Assembly: GCA_001600815.1 (NCBI GenBank)
Contig: BCKZ01000012.1
Span: 485,546-549,545, forward strand
Direction of reading: 5' to 3'
Source of the DNA: Alloascoidea hylecoeti
Taxonomy: Eukaryota
DNA length: 64,000 nucleotides
Program-made: the position numbers and the translations under genes
Notes under the pieces: generated by a model
The model's input: the letters and a program-made list of their open reading frames with translations, nothing else
Database searches by the model: none
What the model was told of the DNA's origin: nothing
In this document: piece after piece, positions 11,040 to 24,370 of the stretch
Numbering within the stretch: the first letter of the stretch is position 1
How the letters are laid out: each line of letters opens with the position of its first letter

Positions 11040-12500
11040 TGGGATTTTCAGTATTAGAACTGAGGTAAGTGATTAATCTCGAGATCAAACTGAATAGGTT
11101 TGCTGCGACTACTTCCATCCAATTAGGTTTACGATTGGAGACAAGTTTGAATTCTCGCGGGAACGAACATGGATTGAGAGACTCTTAATAAAGGAAAATA
11201 AGGACTTACCTTTTATGATATATTAGACGTACCCATTATCATCCATGAAATTACGGAATTGCATGTTGACTATTTTATGAGTTTAAAAATATTTAAACCT
11301 GCCATTGATATTTTTAATTTATTAACTAAATCTAATGATTTGGAACTATCTTCCGATGCAAAGGGTTTTATTCATAAATCAAGAGGTAAAACAGTTGACT
11401 TGGAAACTCCATCAAATCATCTTGTGTATTTATATATAGTCGAAGAGTTTGATAACAATCAAAATAAAGAAACAATTGTTGTCAAGTGAGATAGATAACT
11501 TAAATGAGTTTGTGCCAGATTACCATTGAAAAAACAAAGTCAATGGTTTAATCCATCAGTGTGTAGTACTGAAGACACCATTTGGTATCCTCACTGACCT
11601 ACATACAATTTGTTTTTATAGAAATTTACATAGAGGATGAACAAAATGACGTTCAGTCAAAGACAGATATCCAAACGTTCTTAATAAATATAGATATCCT
11701 TTTAAAGAATTAGAGATTAAATATCATATTATGAGACACACCAATCAGAGAGTGTTACTAAATTTTATGCTTTTTATGAAAAAGGCTATTGATATTTTCG
11801 AGTCCCATACTAGAGAAAAGGTGGATATAGAAATTGAAAAGCTTGGCAACCATCTGTCTAAGACCAATGAAGAAATTATTAAAAGGGAAGCTGAATGTAG
11901 AGGTTGTATCAAAATGGATTTTGAAAATTCTGGCAAGTATGGATGTTGGGATAAAGGTAATTATAAATGCGATATGAACCTTCCTTCGGTTAAAGTTCAA
12001 ATTAATACCAAAAAAAGGTCGATTGCAATATTCTGAAGAATCAAGGGTGTATTATTCTCAAATCTTTCGTTTTAACAAACATTCATTTGCTAAAGCAACT
12101 GATGGAAAAGATAAATACTTTAAACTCCCCATGAAGAAACAATTTGTGTTGAAGATGCTTGATCCTGTGCTTGCCAGGAGCTGTGACAATCTACGATTAA
12201 GTTGGCTGGCAGACTTTTATTATGAACGTTATGGTAACGAACTTACAACTTACAACTTATGTATGGATAAGACAAAATTCGAGAAGGTTATACTTAAAAT
12301 ATATGGGGTTAGCTTCTATACATTACTTAGTGATAATGATGAAACTATTAGTTCTAGTTTATACTTCTAGAGTAAATCGATGGAGATACACCTGACTTTT
12401 CAGATGAGGCAATCTTCAACAAAGCGATGCATAACCTGAAGGAGTTACATAAGGAGGATATATTTCATGGAGGTATAAATTTGGAAAGTATGAAGGTGAC
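11040..12500 (+). pseudogene. decayed gene ending in a truncated protein-kinase-like domain
   Basis: Chain of same-strand ORF fragments (11259, 11731, 12023, 12427). Across stops it reads KVILKIYG ... FILLE*IDG...AMHNLKELHKEDIFHGGINLESMKV, i.e. the beta3 Lys, hinge and a degenerate LH..gI.HGDI...N catalytic loop. Confidence 0.55.
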
Positions 12501-12521
12501 TGCTGCTTCTATAATATATTA

Positions 12522-12743
12522 TTACAAAATATTTTCATCCATTTCTTCATCACTATCGGCTTCATCTTCTATATTTACCTCTTCTTCTTCCTGGGCCTCA
12601 TTTTTATCAGAATCATAAGTGTAGGATACAGACCTATTTTTATTACGAGTATTTCTTCTTGTGACACCGTTTTCCTTTGGTAATTGCTTATTTGATTTTA
12701 CTCGTTTCGGTCCTCTTTTGGAAACTGATAGTTTAATATATCT
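12522..12743 (-). pseudogene. orphan 3' coding fragment (basic NLS-like segment plus acidic tail) of an unidentified gene, no start codon
   Basis: Open frame RYIKLSVSKRGPKRVKSNKQLPKENGVTRRNTRNKNRSVSYTYDSDKNEAQEEEEVNIEDEADSDEEMDENIL*. Confidence 0.5.
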
Positions 12744-12758
12744 CTATCTACTTCTAAT

Positions 12759-13988
12759 GTGGTAACCATGGAATTACAATCTGCGTATGCCAGGGAGGTG
12801 GAAATGGTCCTTACACATGAGTTACTAGTGAAAGCTCTCAATTTTTCCAAAGATTTGCACCATATTATGGATTTCCATGATCGCCATAGTGTCGAAATGC
12901 TTTTTACAATGATTGATGTCTACTGTCGANAATTTGTTCTTTATTTCGTCGAATCTGGATCTTCATCCTATGAGGAAGTCTCGAAAGATTATGCTGCCAA
13001 ATCTATTTTATTGAGTTTAACATGGGCTTTTTCAGGTGATTGTCCCCTTGATGAAAGAAATGATTTTGGGCTTTTATTATTCTCTCTTCCTGCATTTTCA
13101 AATTATTNGCCTGGTGATGATAATCTAATTGATTTTGATGTGTCGCTACCAGAGGCCTCATGGCAGATGTGGATCAGACAAGTTCCTCATACTGATCTTG
13201 AAACACATGCTATAACGCAACCAGATATTATTGTCCCAACTTTAGATACTGTTAGACATGAAGATTTGATTTATGGTATTCTTAATGATCATAAACCGGT
13301 GCTTCTTTGCGGTCCGCCTGGTTCTGGTAAAACAATGACATTATTTGGAGCATTAAGAAAGTCACCAACTCTTGAAATGGTTGGATTATCTATCATCAAA
13401 ACCTTGGAACAGTATTGTAAATATAAGAAGACTCCCCAGGGTATTACGCTTTCACCGACACTAATTGGAAAATGGCTAGTTTTATTTTGTGATGAAATCA
13501 ATCTACCAGCTCCTGATAAATATGGTACACAGAAGGTAATATCTTTCATAAGGCAGCTTATAGAACAGCAAGGATTTTGGAGACCTAAAGATAAACAGTG
13601 GGTCTCAATTTCAAGAGTACAAATTGTTGGTGCATGTAATCCTCCAACTGATGCAGGGAGATCAACATTAAGTCTGAGATTCTTACGACATTGCTCGCTT
13701 ATTATGGTTGACTATCCTGGTGAAACCTCTCTTCGACAAATATATGAAACCTTTAATAATGCTGTACTAAAGTGTGTCCCTAGATTAAGAGGTTATGCTG
13801 CACCATTAACTAATGCGATGGTTGAATTTTATATGAGATCCCGTGAAAGATTCACCCCGGATATGCGATCTCACTACATCTACAGTCCCCGTGAAGTTAC
13901 AAGATGGGTCCGAGCTATATATGAAGCAATTAAACCACTTGAGGATATGTCTCTGGAACAATTGGTCCGTCTCTGGTCACACGAGGCC
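12759..13988 (+). pseudogene. DYN1: internal fragment of cytoplasmic dynein heavy chain (end of AAA2 and AAA3)
   Basis: [20 protein letters not shown] (AAA3 Walker A), [43 protein letters not shown]. About 410 aa of a ~4000-aa protein; conserved NFSSATTP-type segment missing after EMVGL; two N bases (12930, 13108). Confidence 0.9.
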
Positions 13989-15480
13989 ATTGTTTACGCG
14001 TAGCTAAACCATAAAATATTCCACAATAACATTGTAAAAGACTTCTCCGTTTCCAGCTCTTCCAATCAAGGAGTTTAATAAAACAAAACAAAACAGAAAC
14101 TTTCGGGGTTTCAGGAAGATAAGATATTTGAGCACATTGGAAAACGGTTACGCTGTTGATAGATCAGTATTATTTAAGATTGTTGAAGAGTATATATATG
14201 GGTTAACTCATGATCAACTTTACGTGGTTCTAAACGAATATCAATAACAACGAATGAATTACATGAGTAACCAATGGATCATGGAATTTTTAGATAGATA
14301 TGAGAGGATTGTTTGGAATCCGCCTCATGTACTTGATCCTTATAATTATGGATTCTTGGCGAAGGATAAAGATAACATGCAAAATTGGTTCAAATGACTG
14401 GAATAGCTATATGATAAACATAAATATAATATAAATATAAGTCATACAATATTTACAATGCATATGAGACTGGTTGTGTTCTTGAGAAGTTCAGTAAGGT
14501 GGTGATTCCATCTATTTCTCAGTTGATCTCTCTTCAAAACTTGTCACTTGCGTTGAATGTGCCAATTTGATGAATGATTCCATTTCCCTCATGATATTTT
14601 TTAAATCAAAAAGTCCATAATTCATTGTCTAAAAGCCCCAGAGATGAGGAGAGGAAAAAATGGTTGCTTACTTTCTGAAAACGTGATTATATTAAAACCT
14701 ATTTGTTGTGATTATTGAATGGACTAAAAACTGCTTTCCAGAAAGAAAGAAAAAAGATTAAGGAACCCTTATCTTAGATGGTAATGGATCGCTTGCAAAT
14801 ATAAATACAATAGATACATGTAAGAAGCATATGATAGATTTGAGTATTCTTCTGGAGATATAACAAGTTCTTGATGTTTCTTGTTTCTTGTTTCTTTCCC
14901 TTGAAAAGATATTTGTATGAAGCAACTCAGGAGTTCTTGGAAGAGTTTAAATTAAAAGATTCCAAAAGGATGAATTTATGGTATATGAACAATAGAAGGA
15001 AAAGAATGTAGCCTCAAGAAAAAAAATATCTCATCTGGCTTTGGATATAAAACTTATATATACCCACTACGTCGGCGGTTATCTTGAACAAGCTATAGTA
15101 TAAGGAAAACATGCCGGATGAGAGTAAAGGGGGCATAAATTACCACTTGATAAAGTCACCCAAGAAAAAAAAACTTCAGGTTAATCAGAGTGTTTGTGAT
15201 ACCAGCGGAAAAAGATGAGGGAACCAAGAGTCATGGAGGACGTGAACATGTATTGGAGGAACTTTAATCAGACCTCAACTTGATCAGTGATTTATCCGCA
15301 AATATGATAAAGCCTTCGGCAAGATACTTAATTGGCCTGAAAACAATCATTAGAATCGCTCCTTGCATCAAATTATCGAAGAAATAAAATCAGTTTCAAG
15401 GCCAAAACCCTCATAAGTGCAGGTATGAGAAGAGTTGTAAATGGAGCGTCTGGAAGAAGGTATTACCAGGTTCCCTGCTT
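13989..15480 (+). mobile_element. decayed Fot1/pogo-type (Tc1-mariner superfamily, DDE_1) transposase; 3' end approximate
   Basis: Motifs in the expected order across stops and frameshifts: LRVAKP*NIP (HTH-psq, ~13995), QKLSGFQEDKIFEHI (~14092), QNWFK..YNIYNAYETGC (for IYNMDETG, ~14380-14475), IEW...LILDGNGS (for LILDGHGSH, ~14770), VLDVSCF..PLKR (for PLDV..F.PLK, ~14870-14908). No TIRs identified. Confidence 0.78.
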
Positions 15481-15847
15481 GAGGATCTATAAAAATACTT
15501 TTCTTTATTTACTTTTCGAATTTTTAGAAATCTTTGAAAAGTGTGTCTTGATTTCTGATTCTCTGTTTACGATGGAACCTACACATAACTTACACCTTGT
15601 AATTTTCATTGAATAAAATAGAATAAACAAAATTAAAGCAATTAAATATAACTTATATACCAATTCCAAACACAAGAAGTTCAACAACTGAAAAAAAAAA
15701 AATGAAAACGTTACGATGATAGTAACGTTATAAGAAATTCTAATTATAATGATTAATTAGCATAAAAAGTAGTAATAGATATATTTGAAGAACATAACTT
15801 TTATATGTATTTTAATTTATAATTATAAATACATTTGAATCTAAAAT

Positions 15848-18010
15848 TTAAAATGGAGTTCTATTAAGGAAACCACCGATTGAATCAACTGTTGTAGTAG
15901 TATCCTCATCACTTGTAGTCTCATCTTCTGAGACTTCCCTCTTTTTCGAGGAAACAGTAACAGAAATCTCAGAACTATCATTATCAACATTATATGCACC
16001 TAATAAAGTGTTAAGAGTATTTCTAATTGTTGAAACAACTGCATCATCAGAACCTTTATTTAATAACAATGTTGCTGCACCATTTGCTAAAGTAGTTGAT
16101 AAATCATCATCTACACCATAACTAGATGATGGAACATAATTTGAACCAACGCTTGGGAATGAATAACCAGTAAGTGGTACTGAAGAATTTGTTGATGTTA
16201 CTGTGTTTTGTCTAGTTGAATTGGTTGTAGGTTTATTTAAATTATGATCGTTATAACTTGTATATTTTGTAGTTCCATTAGTATGATCATCATAATATAA
16301 TTGATTTAAATTTTGAATTGTTTTAATATCATATGTTGTATATGAATTTGATGAAGAAATTGTACCATTCATTGTTGCATCCTGGCGTGTCCACAAAATA
16401 TTATTTGGATCATAATAACCATAACCACGTAATATATCAATAACATATGCAGCATCGTTGTTACCAACATTATCAGGTGTATAATAATTAACTGCCAATG
16501 GATAAAGGTATGAATAGCCATTTACTGGACCTGTAGAAATGTCACTTGATGATGCTGAACTGATTGAAAGTAATGAGAAACCAGATGATAACTGTCCAAT
16601 TTGGGTATGACTACTATTATCAAAAGTAAATGAAAAATGATCAAAGTAAGATTTTGTTATTGACTCAAGAACAAATTCATCAGATGATTTATCATTATAT
16701 TCAAATGTTAGATTAGCCCTCGATGTAACTGAATTGTTGAAAACTAATGCTTCAATTTTTGATAATGTATTAGAACTTGGGTTTGAAAAAACTGTTGTTG
16801 AATTATAATTTTCGGAATCTCCGACTTTTATAATATCTCCTGAACCAGTAACATTTGGTAATTCCCATGTTAATAGATTTGCAGATACAATCCAACTACT
16901 TCCAATCTTCTTTGTTGAATCATAACCATTTATAACATTGACTGAAATACTAACGCTTGAATCCCATAATGTTGGTAATAATGGTGTTATATCAATTTGA
17001 TATGATGGAACATCATAAGCATTAATACCAACAATTGGTGACCAAAAATCAGGAAACATACCACCTGTATAAATAATGGGAAATGGTAAGATTAAACCGG
17101 TTAATTCAGAATTAACCTTTAATTCAATAAAACGACCTGCGCTTGTTGCAGAGTCACCATAATACCAAAATTCTTCATCTGATGCACCTGAGGCAAAGAT
17201 ATCAACGACTGCTCTTGTTGTATTTTTTGATAAAGCATCGATTTTAACATCAATTGAATCGTCAGGTAAATACTTTGCTTTTGAAGTTAATTTAATTAAA
17301 TTATTTGGAGAAACATCTGAAGTGTATATCTTATCAACTGATGTAATATCATCAATGTTATTATCACCAACTTTATAATAATCAACAATTAATGATACAT
17401 CGAAAGGACCTGTATAAGTATCATCAAGAACGTTATTCAATTCAAAAGTTATATCTGAGGATTTTTTAAATAATTTAATATATCTTGTTAAATCTTTTGT
17501 GTATTCAAAAGTTATGTTTTTATGACCTGGTTCCGCGGTTGATGATCTCCAAATTTCGAAGTTATCGAAATAAAGTATTGATAATCTATCAAATTGATTG
17601 CCATAAGAAGACGCTTGTAGTCTAACTAAAACATGATCAAATGAAACAGAGGATGGAGGCGTATATGTTCCTTCAAATGGAGAACCATAAGAATTTCCAA
17701 ATTCGTGGGTCATTATAGTTTGTGAATAGACAGGTGTTCCAAAATCTGGTTGGACATATTCCACTTGATAAACATCGGTTGTGCTTGATGATGATAAATC
17801 TGTGGTTGTTCGTTTTTCTAGATTAACATTTGAGACCTCTGAATCCACAGCTGAGATTTGCGATTTTTGAAATGGAGTTTCATTTATTGGATAACGTGGT
17901 AGATTATTTATTGGTTGGGAATTGACTAGTGAAATGAATGAGAATGATATATATAAAGTAAATAAAATATAAAGATGATTCGCTTTCAGTTTAGCTATAG
18001 TGATAGTCAT
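15848..18010 (-). CDS. PNG2: secreted peptide-N4-(N-acetyl-beta-glucosaminyl)asparagine amidase A (PNGase A family)
   Basis: Signal peptide and LEKR Kex2 site; HEFGNSYGSPF, GNQFDRL, EIWRSSTAEP, EEFWY, PIIYTGG..P..WSPIVGINAYD motifs. Confidence 0.88.
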   Translation of the reverse strand: MTITIAKLKANHLYILFTLYISFSFISLVNSQPINNLPRYPINETPFQKSQISAVDSEVSNVNLEKRTTTDLSSSSTTDVYQVEYVQPDFGTPVYSQTIMTHEFGNSYGSPFEGTYTPPSSVSFDHVLVRLQASSYGNQFDRLSILYFDNFEIWRSSTAEPGHKNITFEYTKDLTRYIKLFKKSSDITFELNNVLDDTYTGPFDVSLIVDYYKVGDNNIDDITSVDKIYTSDVSPNNLIKLTSKAKYLPDDSIDVKIDALSKNTTRAVVDIFASGASDEEFWYYGDSATSAGRFIELKVNSELTGLILPFPIIYTGGMFPDFWSPIVGINAYDVPSYQIDITPLLPTLWDSSVSISVNVINGYDSTKKIGSSWIVSANLLTWELPNVTGSGDIIKVGDSENYNSTTVFSNPSSNTLSKIEALVFNNSVTSRANLTFEYNDKSSDEFVLESITKSYFDHFSFTFDNSSHTQIGQLSSGFSLLSISSASSSDISTGPVNGYSYLYPLAVNYYTPDNVGNNDAAYVIDILRGYGYYDPNNILWTRQDATMNGTISSSNSYTTYDIKTIQNLNQLYYDDHTNGTTKYTSYNDHNLNKPTTNSTRQNTVTSTNSSVPLTGYSFPSVGSNYVPSSSYGVDDDLSTTLANGAATLLLNKGSDDAVVSTIRNTLNTLLGAYNVDNDSSEISVTVSSKKREVSEDETTSDEDTTTTVDSIGGFLNRTPF

Positions 18011-20272
18011 TTTATGTATGTAAAAAATATTATTTTAAGTTTGTATGAAAAAAAGGACCTAATCTATAGGTCAACGACAACAAAAAGATAAGATAATGAT
18101 TCTTATAATGAACTGAAAAGAAGACAGAGAAAATAAATCTATTTGAAAAAAGAAATTTAAAAGAGAGGGAGGGATGATTTATAAATAAAAGGTCAAAATT
18201 AGGAGATTTGAGATTTTAAAAATAAAAAGGTTTACTCAGTACCCAAAAGGGAAATCGTCGTAAGTTTAATATACATGCACATGTAAAGGAACCTTACTTG
18301 ACTACATTTATCACAAATAATATCAATTTTATGTTTAAATTTTATCAGATGAAACTAGACTGAAAGATATCGCACTCCTTTTTTTCAATTCCGGTTCTGC
18401 CATTGGAAAGATCCGAGAATGAGACCTCCTTTATATTATAATATTCAATCTTTAATCTACATCAACATTCTTAGTATCTATGGCTTGTCTTACCTTTCAA
18501 ATACTCGAGTCGAGCTCTTTTATTCCTTCAGTCTCCAATCTAGAACGTTTATTATAATAAAACTTTAAACATAGTAAATGTAGCAGATAGTACATAACAT
18601 ATTATGAATTAAAACGTTAACAAATCAATTGCAACATATCGATATTGCAATTCAAAAACTTCGAATTCTACTATCGATCCAGGTACGAATTGAATCGATT
18701 GACGATCGAGCTCGACATCTTAGCTTATCAATAATTACCATATTTTGAATCAAAAACTGCCCCCGTCAAATACGTATACATTTACCTTTTTAGTTAGGTT
18801 TGAGGTCTTAGCTATAAATATATGAAACAAAAAAATAATAAGACCCCGAAGGTAGCGCCCAGAATTTTTAGTTGAATATTATAAATTATAATAATAATTA
18901 AAATCTAAAAGGCGCACAGCACATTATAAACTCTTTCCGAAAAACTTTTTCAATTTTTGTACAATATTCATCCATATGGTAACAGAAGGGGTCCTACATT
19001 GTCTTGCAGTTAAAAAAAAACTGTCAAAATTATAAGCCTCAAATTTAAATTCAAAACTTGCACACGTGAGGCACATTAGGTAAGCTTTGGAAGAGAATAA
19101 ACGCCAAATCATCACTCACAACATATGACCTCGGGTTTATTACAATTGAGTATTTTTTTGGCTATGGGCTATCCTTGTAGTTATTAATATAAGATAGGTA
19201 GGCAACACCAATTGTCAAACCAAGAACACAGAAGGAAATTATAAATAATTCATTATTATTATCATATATTTTTTCTTTTTTTTGATAGAATGTAATATTA
19301 TATTTTGACAATTGTTGTGACACAACCTCGTAATTATCACAAATTATTAATAAATTATTAATAAATGATTAATAAATTATAATTTAATTGATTCTATTAC
19401 GTAGAAAGATTCCAGGGACTTTATGTCAAAATGGAAGTTGTAGCAATCGAACTGATCAGGAGAACTCTGAGCATATTCAAACAATCCCCATTAAAAAAAA
19501 ACCTCATGTCATCCGCAAACAATGGGAGCTTACAAAAGTTAATCGGGACCTATTAAGATTCTAGGTCAACCTAAATTACCAATCTAGAAATATTCAATGG
19601 TAAGTATATTTGCTACATTAACCCAGCCATGTTAACGTGGGCAGTTACAAACCTTAAAGCATCTCCTATTCAACTGCAATCTGTCCAAAGATGCTTGGAT
19701 TATGAGCAGATAAAATAACTTGAAATGCTATTGACGACGGAATATAGCGTGGTACAACATAAAATTCATAACTCTAGATCTCACAAACTTCGAGATATAG
19801 AACAAAATGAATAACTCGCCTCCTCAGCGGTATCCTTCATTCGGCTTAATGCGTGCCTGAAAAAAAAAAACAAGAAGGGGGATTAGGGGACAAAACCGAT
19901 TTGTTCAAGATTAAATGTTAGACTATAGGCACAAAGACAACTGAGAAGACTTGGATCAACATGTAAGGGGTAAATAAAACGCAACTCTCACAAAAAAAAA
20001 TTGCTAGCATACTACTAATCACTAAATAATAAGGCCCGAGTACAGGAAACTTCCGTAAGAAAAATATAAGTAAGATCTTATAGATAACTAATTGTACAGT
20101 TAACGTTATATTTGTAGCCTGATTCCAGTAAATTGAGGCTGAGATCAATAAATCTCAAAATATTTGAAGAAACTTGAATTTAATTATAAAATCATATATG
20201 TGTGAAAAAAAAAAAATACTACAGAAAACAATTAAATAAGTTACATATGAACATAAATTTTTATTTAATTTT

Positions 20273-22773
20273 TCAGTTTACTGTAACAGTTTCCAATTCT
20301 GTAATCTCCGTGGTATTTGCATTTAAACCAATAACATTTAAAAATAAATTCAAATTATTAATTTTTAAAACTGATAATTCATGATCCTCATCTTTTAAAC
20401 TCTCTGATAAAGTTTTAGCCTCATTCATTGTTGTGAAAATTCGATCTCTAACTTCATCAACCATTATTCTTTGATGAGAAAGTTTTGAAGCTAATGCTAA
20501 ACTAGCTAGGAATTGCCATGAATAAGAATCATCATTTTTAGATTTTGAATTTGAGTTTGAGTTTGTATTTGATTCGGTCGGATCTGGATTTGGACTTTGA
20601 ATTGGAATTGGTGGGAAGATTGAAGATAAATGTCCTTTAAAATGAGAAAATAATTTATCATAAGTTTGCTCCCATTCTAATTTATCATCATTATTAATAA
20701 TTGTTTCTTGTTTAATTATTTCAGTACGAGATATTAAAAAAGTTAATAATGATAAACCAGCTTTTGAAGTTGATGACAAAACAACTTCATTTCTATCCAT
20801 TAAAATATCAATTAATCCAACAATTTCTCTAAAAGTAGTTGATTCGGATATAAACATTACAAAAGGAGGTAATGAAGTTCTCATAAATAACTCAATTGAT
20901 TTTTCAATTTCAATTGGTAAAATCCCATTTTCATATTTTAAATAACTACCATTGAAAACAACATCTAATTTTGATAAATTTGCAACCAATAATGTAATCA
21001 AAGTTAATTTTTGTTCTCTATTTAAAAAACGAAATACTCTTGGAATGATTTTTTTACCTTTATCATGAGCAATCATTGCAATTAAAGGATGTATATCACC
21101 ATATTCAATTGGTTGAAAAATTAATAATGAATCCCATAAATTTGATTCTAAAATTGATAATTTTTCATTATCTTCTTCATTATTTGTAGTTGTAGTTGTT
21201 GATCTTTCACGATCAAAACTTTCAAGATTTAATAAAATTGAATAAATTTTTTCCAAGTTTTTCAATAAATATATTAATTTATGTTGTTTATCCTTTTTTG
21301 ATTCATTATTTTTATTTGGATTATAAATTTTTTTAATTTCTAAGGATTTTCTAGGTGCTTTACCACTTGATACAGTTACTTTACCCAATGAACCTTCTCT
21401 TGAAAATTGATATTGTTTTGGATGATCTTTTGCAACAAGTACAGCTTTTTGAACTTGTTGTTGCATTCTTTGTAATGCTAAATCAGCTCTTTTATATCTA
21501 CCACCTAATCTATGGCCACTTTGATTTAAATAAGTTTCAGCGAAAAGGTTTAGGTCTTGAGGACCTACCCCAGTTACACCAGTTTCAATTGCTTTATGGA
21601 CTTGATAATAAAAATCTTCATTGTATGGATCGTCAGTGATGATTTGAGATAGTTGAACTCTACTTACGAAATCTTTATCGCGTGCATTCATTAAACCATT
21701 ATATTTTACGATTCTTTGAACCTTTTCGGAACGACGAATGAGACGATCACGTTCAGAAGGAGTTAGTTCCTTTTCAGATTGATGTTGATGATGATAATGG
21801 TTCGAACGGTTTTGATCACGGTAAAATTGCCTAGGGCCACCAGGGATATTTTGATTTTGAATAGGATGTTGCTGGAAAGCACCACGTGCGGGAGATGTTT
21901 GGATGTGTTGATCCAACTGAGATAACTGATTTAATTGAGAAGGAGAAAGTTCTAAATGTTTTGGAGGAGTTGAACCTAATGGTGGGAATTGATTCAAACT
22001 CTCAATTTTAGGAAGATTTCTTTGGGGAGAAACTTGGGATTGAATGGGCAATGGTTGTGGTTGCGGGGTTGAAGTCTGAGATTGTTGCTGAATCTGTTGA
22101 ATTTGCTGAGTCTGTTGTTGAATTTGTTGCTGCTGAACTTGAGGTTGAGCCTGAGGTTGAGCCTGAGGTTGTTGTTGTTGAACCTGTGGAGGAGGCAGTT
22201 CCCCGTTGAAATACTGAGGCATCATAAATTGTTGATTGTTGGGAGCACCCATAGGCGGTTGCATAAATGGAAATTGCTGGCCGTTAAAACCGGGAGGACC
22301 ATTTGGACCAGGAGGAAACCCAAATTGGCCAGGCATGGGGACAAATTGGTTGAAGTACCTGGGATCTGGTGCCTGCTGGGCCTGTTGGTGGGTCTGTTGG
22401 GACAATTGCCCCCCAAGCAACTGAGCTTCGATTTCCTCCAATGACAGCACCTTCTTTGTGACCGGAGTATTCGATTGCAACGGGGATGGGACGGCCGGAG
22501 AAGGGTGGCCCCACAGAGACGGAATCGGCTGTAACGGCTCATTAATATCTACTGCTGAGACACTCCCCTGTCCAATCTGGTTCAATTGGTCCTCAACTTC
22601 CCTAGATTCCTTGGATCGGCCACCGAGTCCGTCGTATGTCTCACTAAAGTCATAACTATGGTCTTGTTAGTATCCAGTTATCCTCTCTCAGTGTGGAAGT
22701 ATATTCAGACTCACTCGGCCACTTGGCTCCTTTCCTGAGGATTGCTCGACGGATCGAATCCGAAAAACGACAT
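20273..22773 (-). CDS. PAT1: mRNA decapping activator Pat1, join(22715..22773,20273..22655), 813 aa
   Basis: MSFFGFD start; 59-nt intron 22656-22714 (GTGAGT, TACTAAC, TAG); LSLEEIEA, GLM..RDKDFV.RVQLSQI...DPYNEDFYYQV, Pat1 C-terminal domain. Confidence 0.93.
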
Positions 22774-23083
22774 TAATACTGTTAATGGTCTCTTTTTGTG
22801 TTTTTCTCTTCTTTTCCATGTGCCGTGCTGCAAAATACGCAGATGTGTTCTAATGTGTGTTCCGGAAGCCACAGACTCCAAGTTACGGAACTATGGCGAT
22901 AAGTATGTAAATAAAAATATATATAAACATCTAAAAGATACATCAATAAATGTAAATATAAATAACCAATAAATAAATAAAAATAAATAAATAAATAGAA
23001 ATTGATGTAACAATAAAAATAGAAAAACAGAAAGCAAAGTGTTTACATTACATCATGGTTGCGCGAACCCAGCCTTATAATAA

Positions 23084-24370
<1,287 letters not shown>

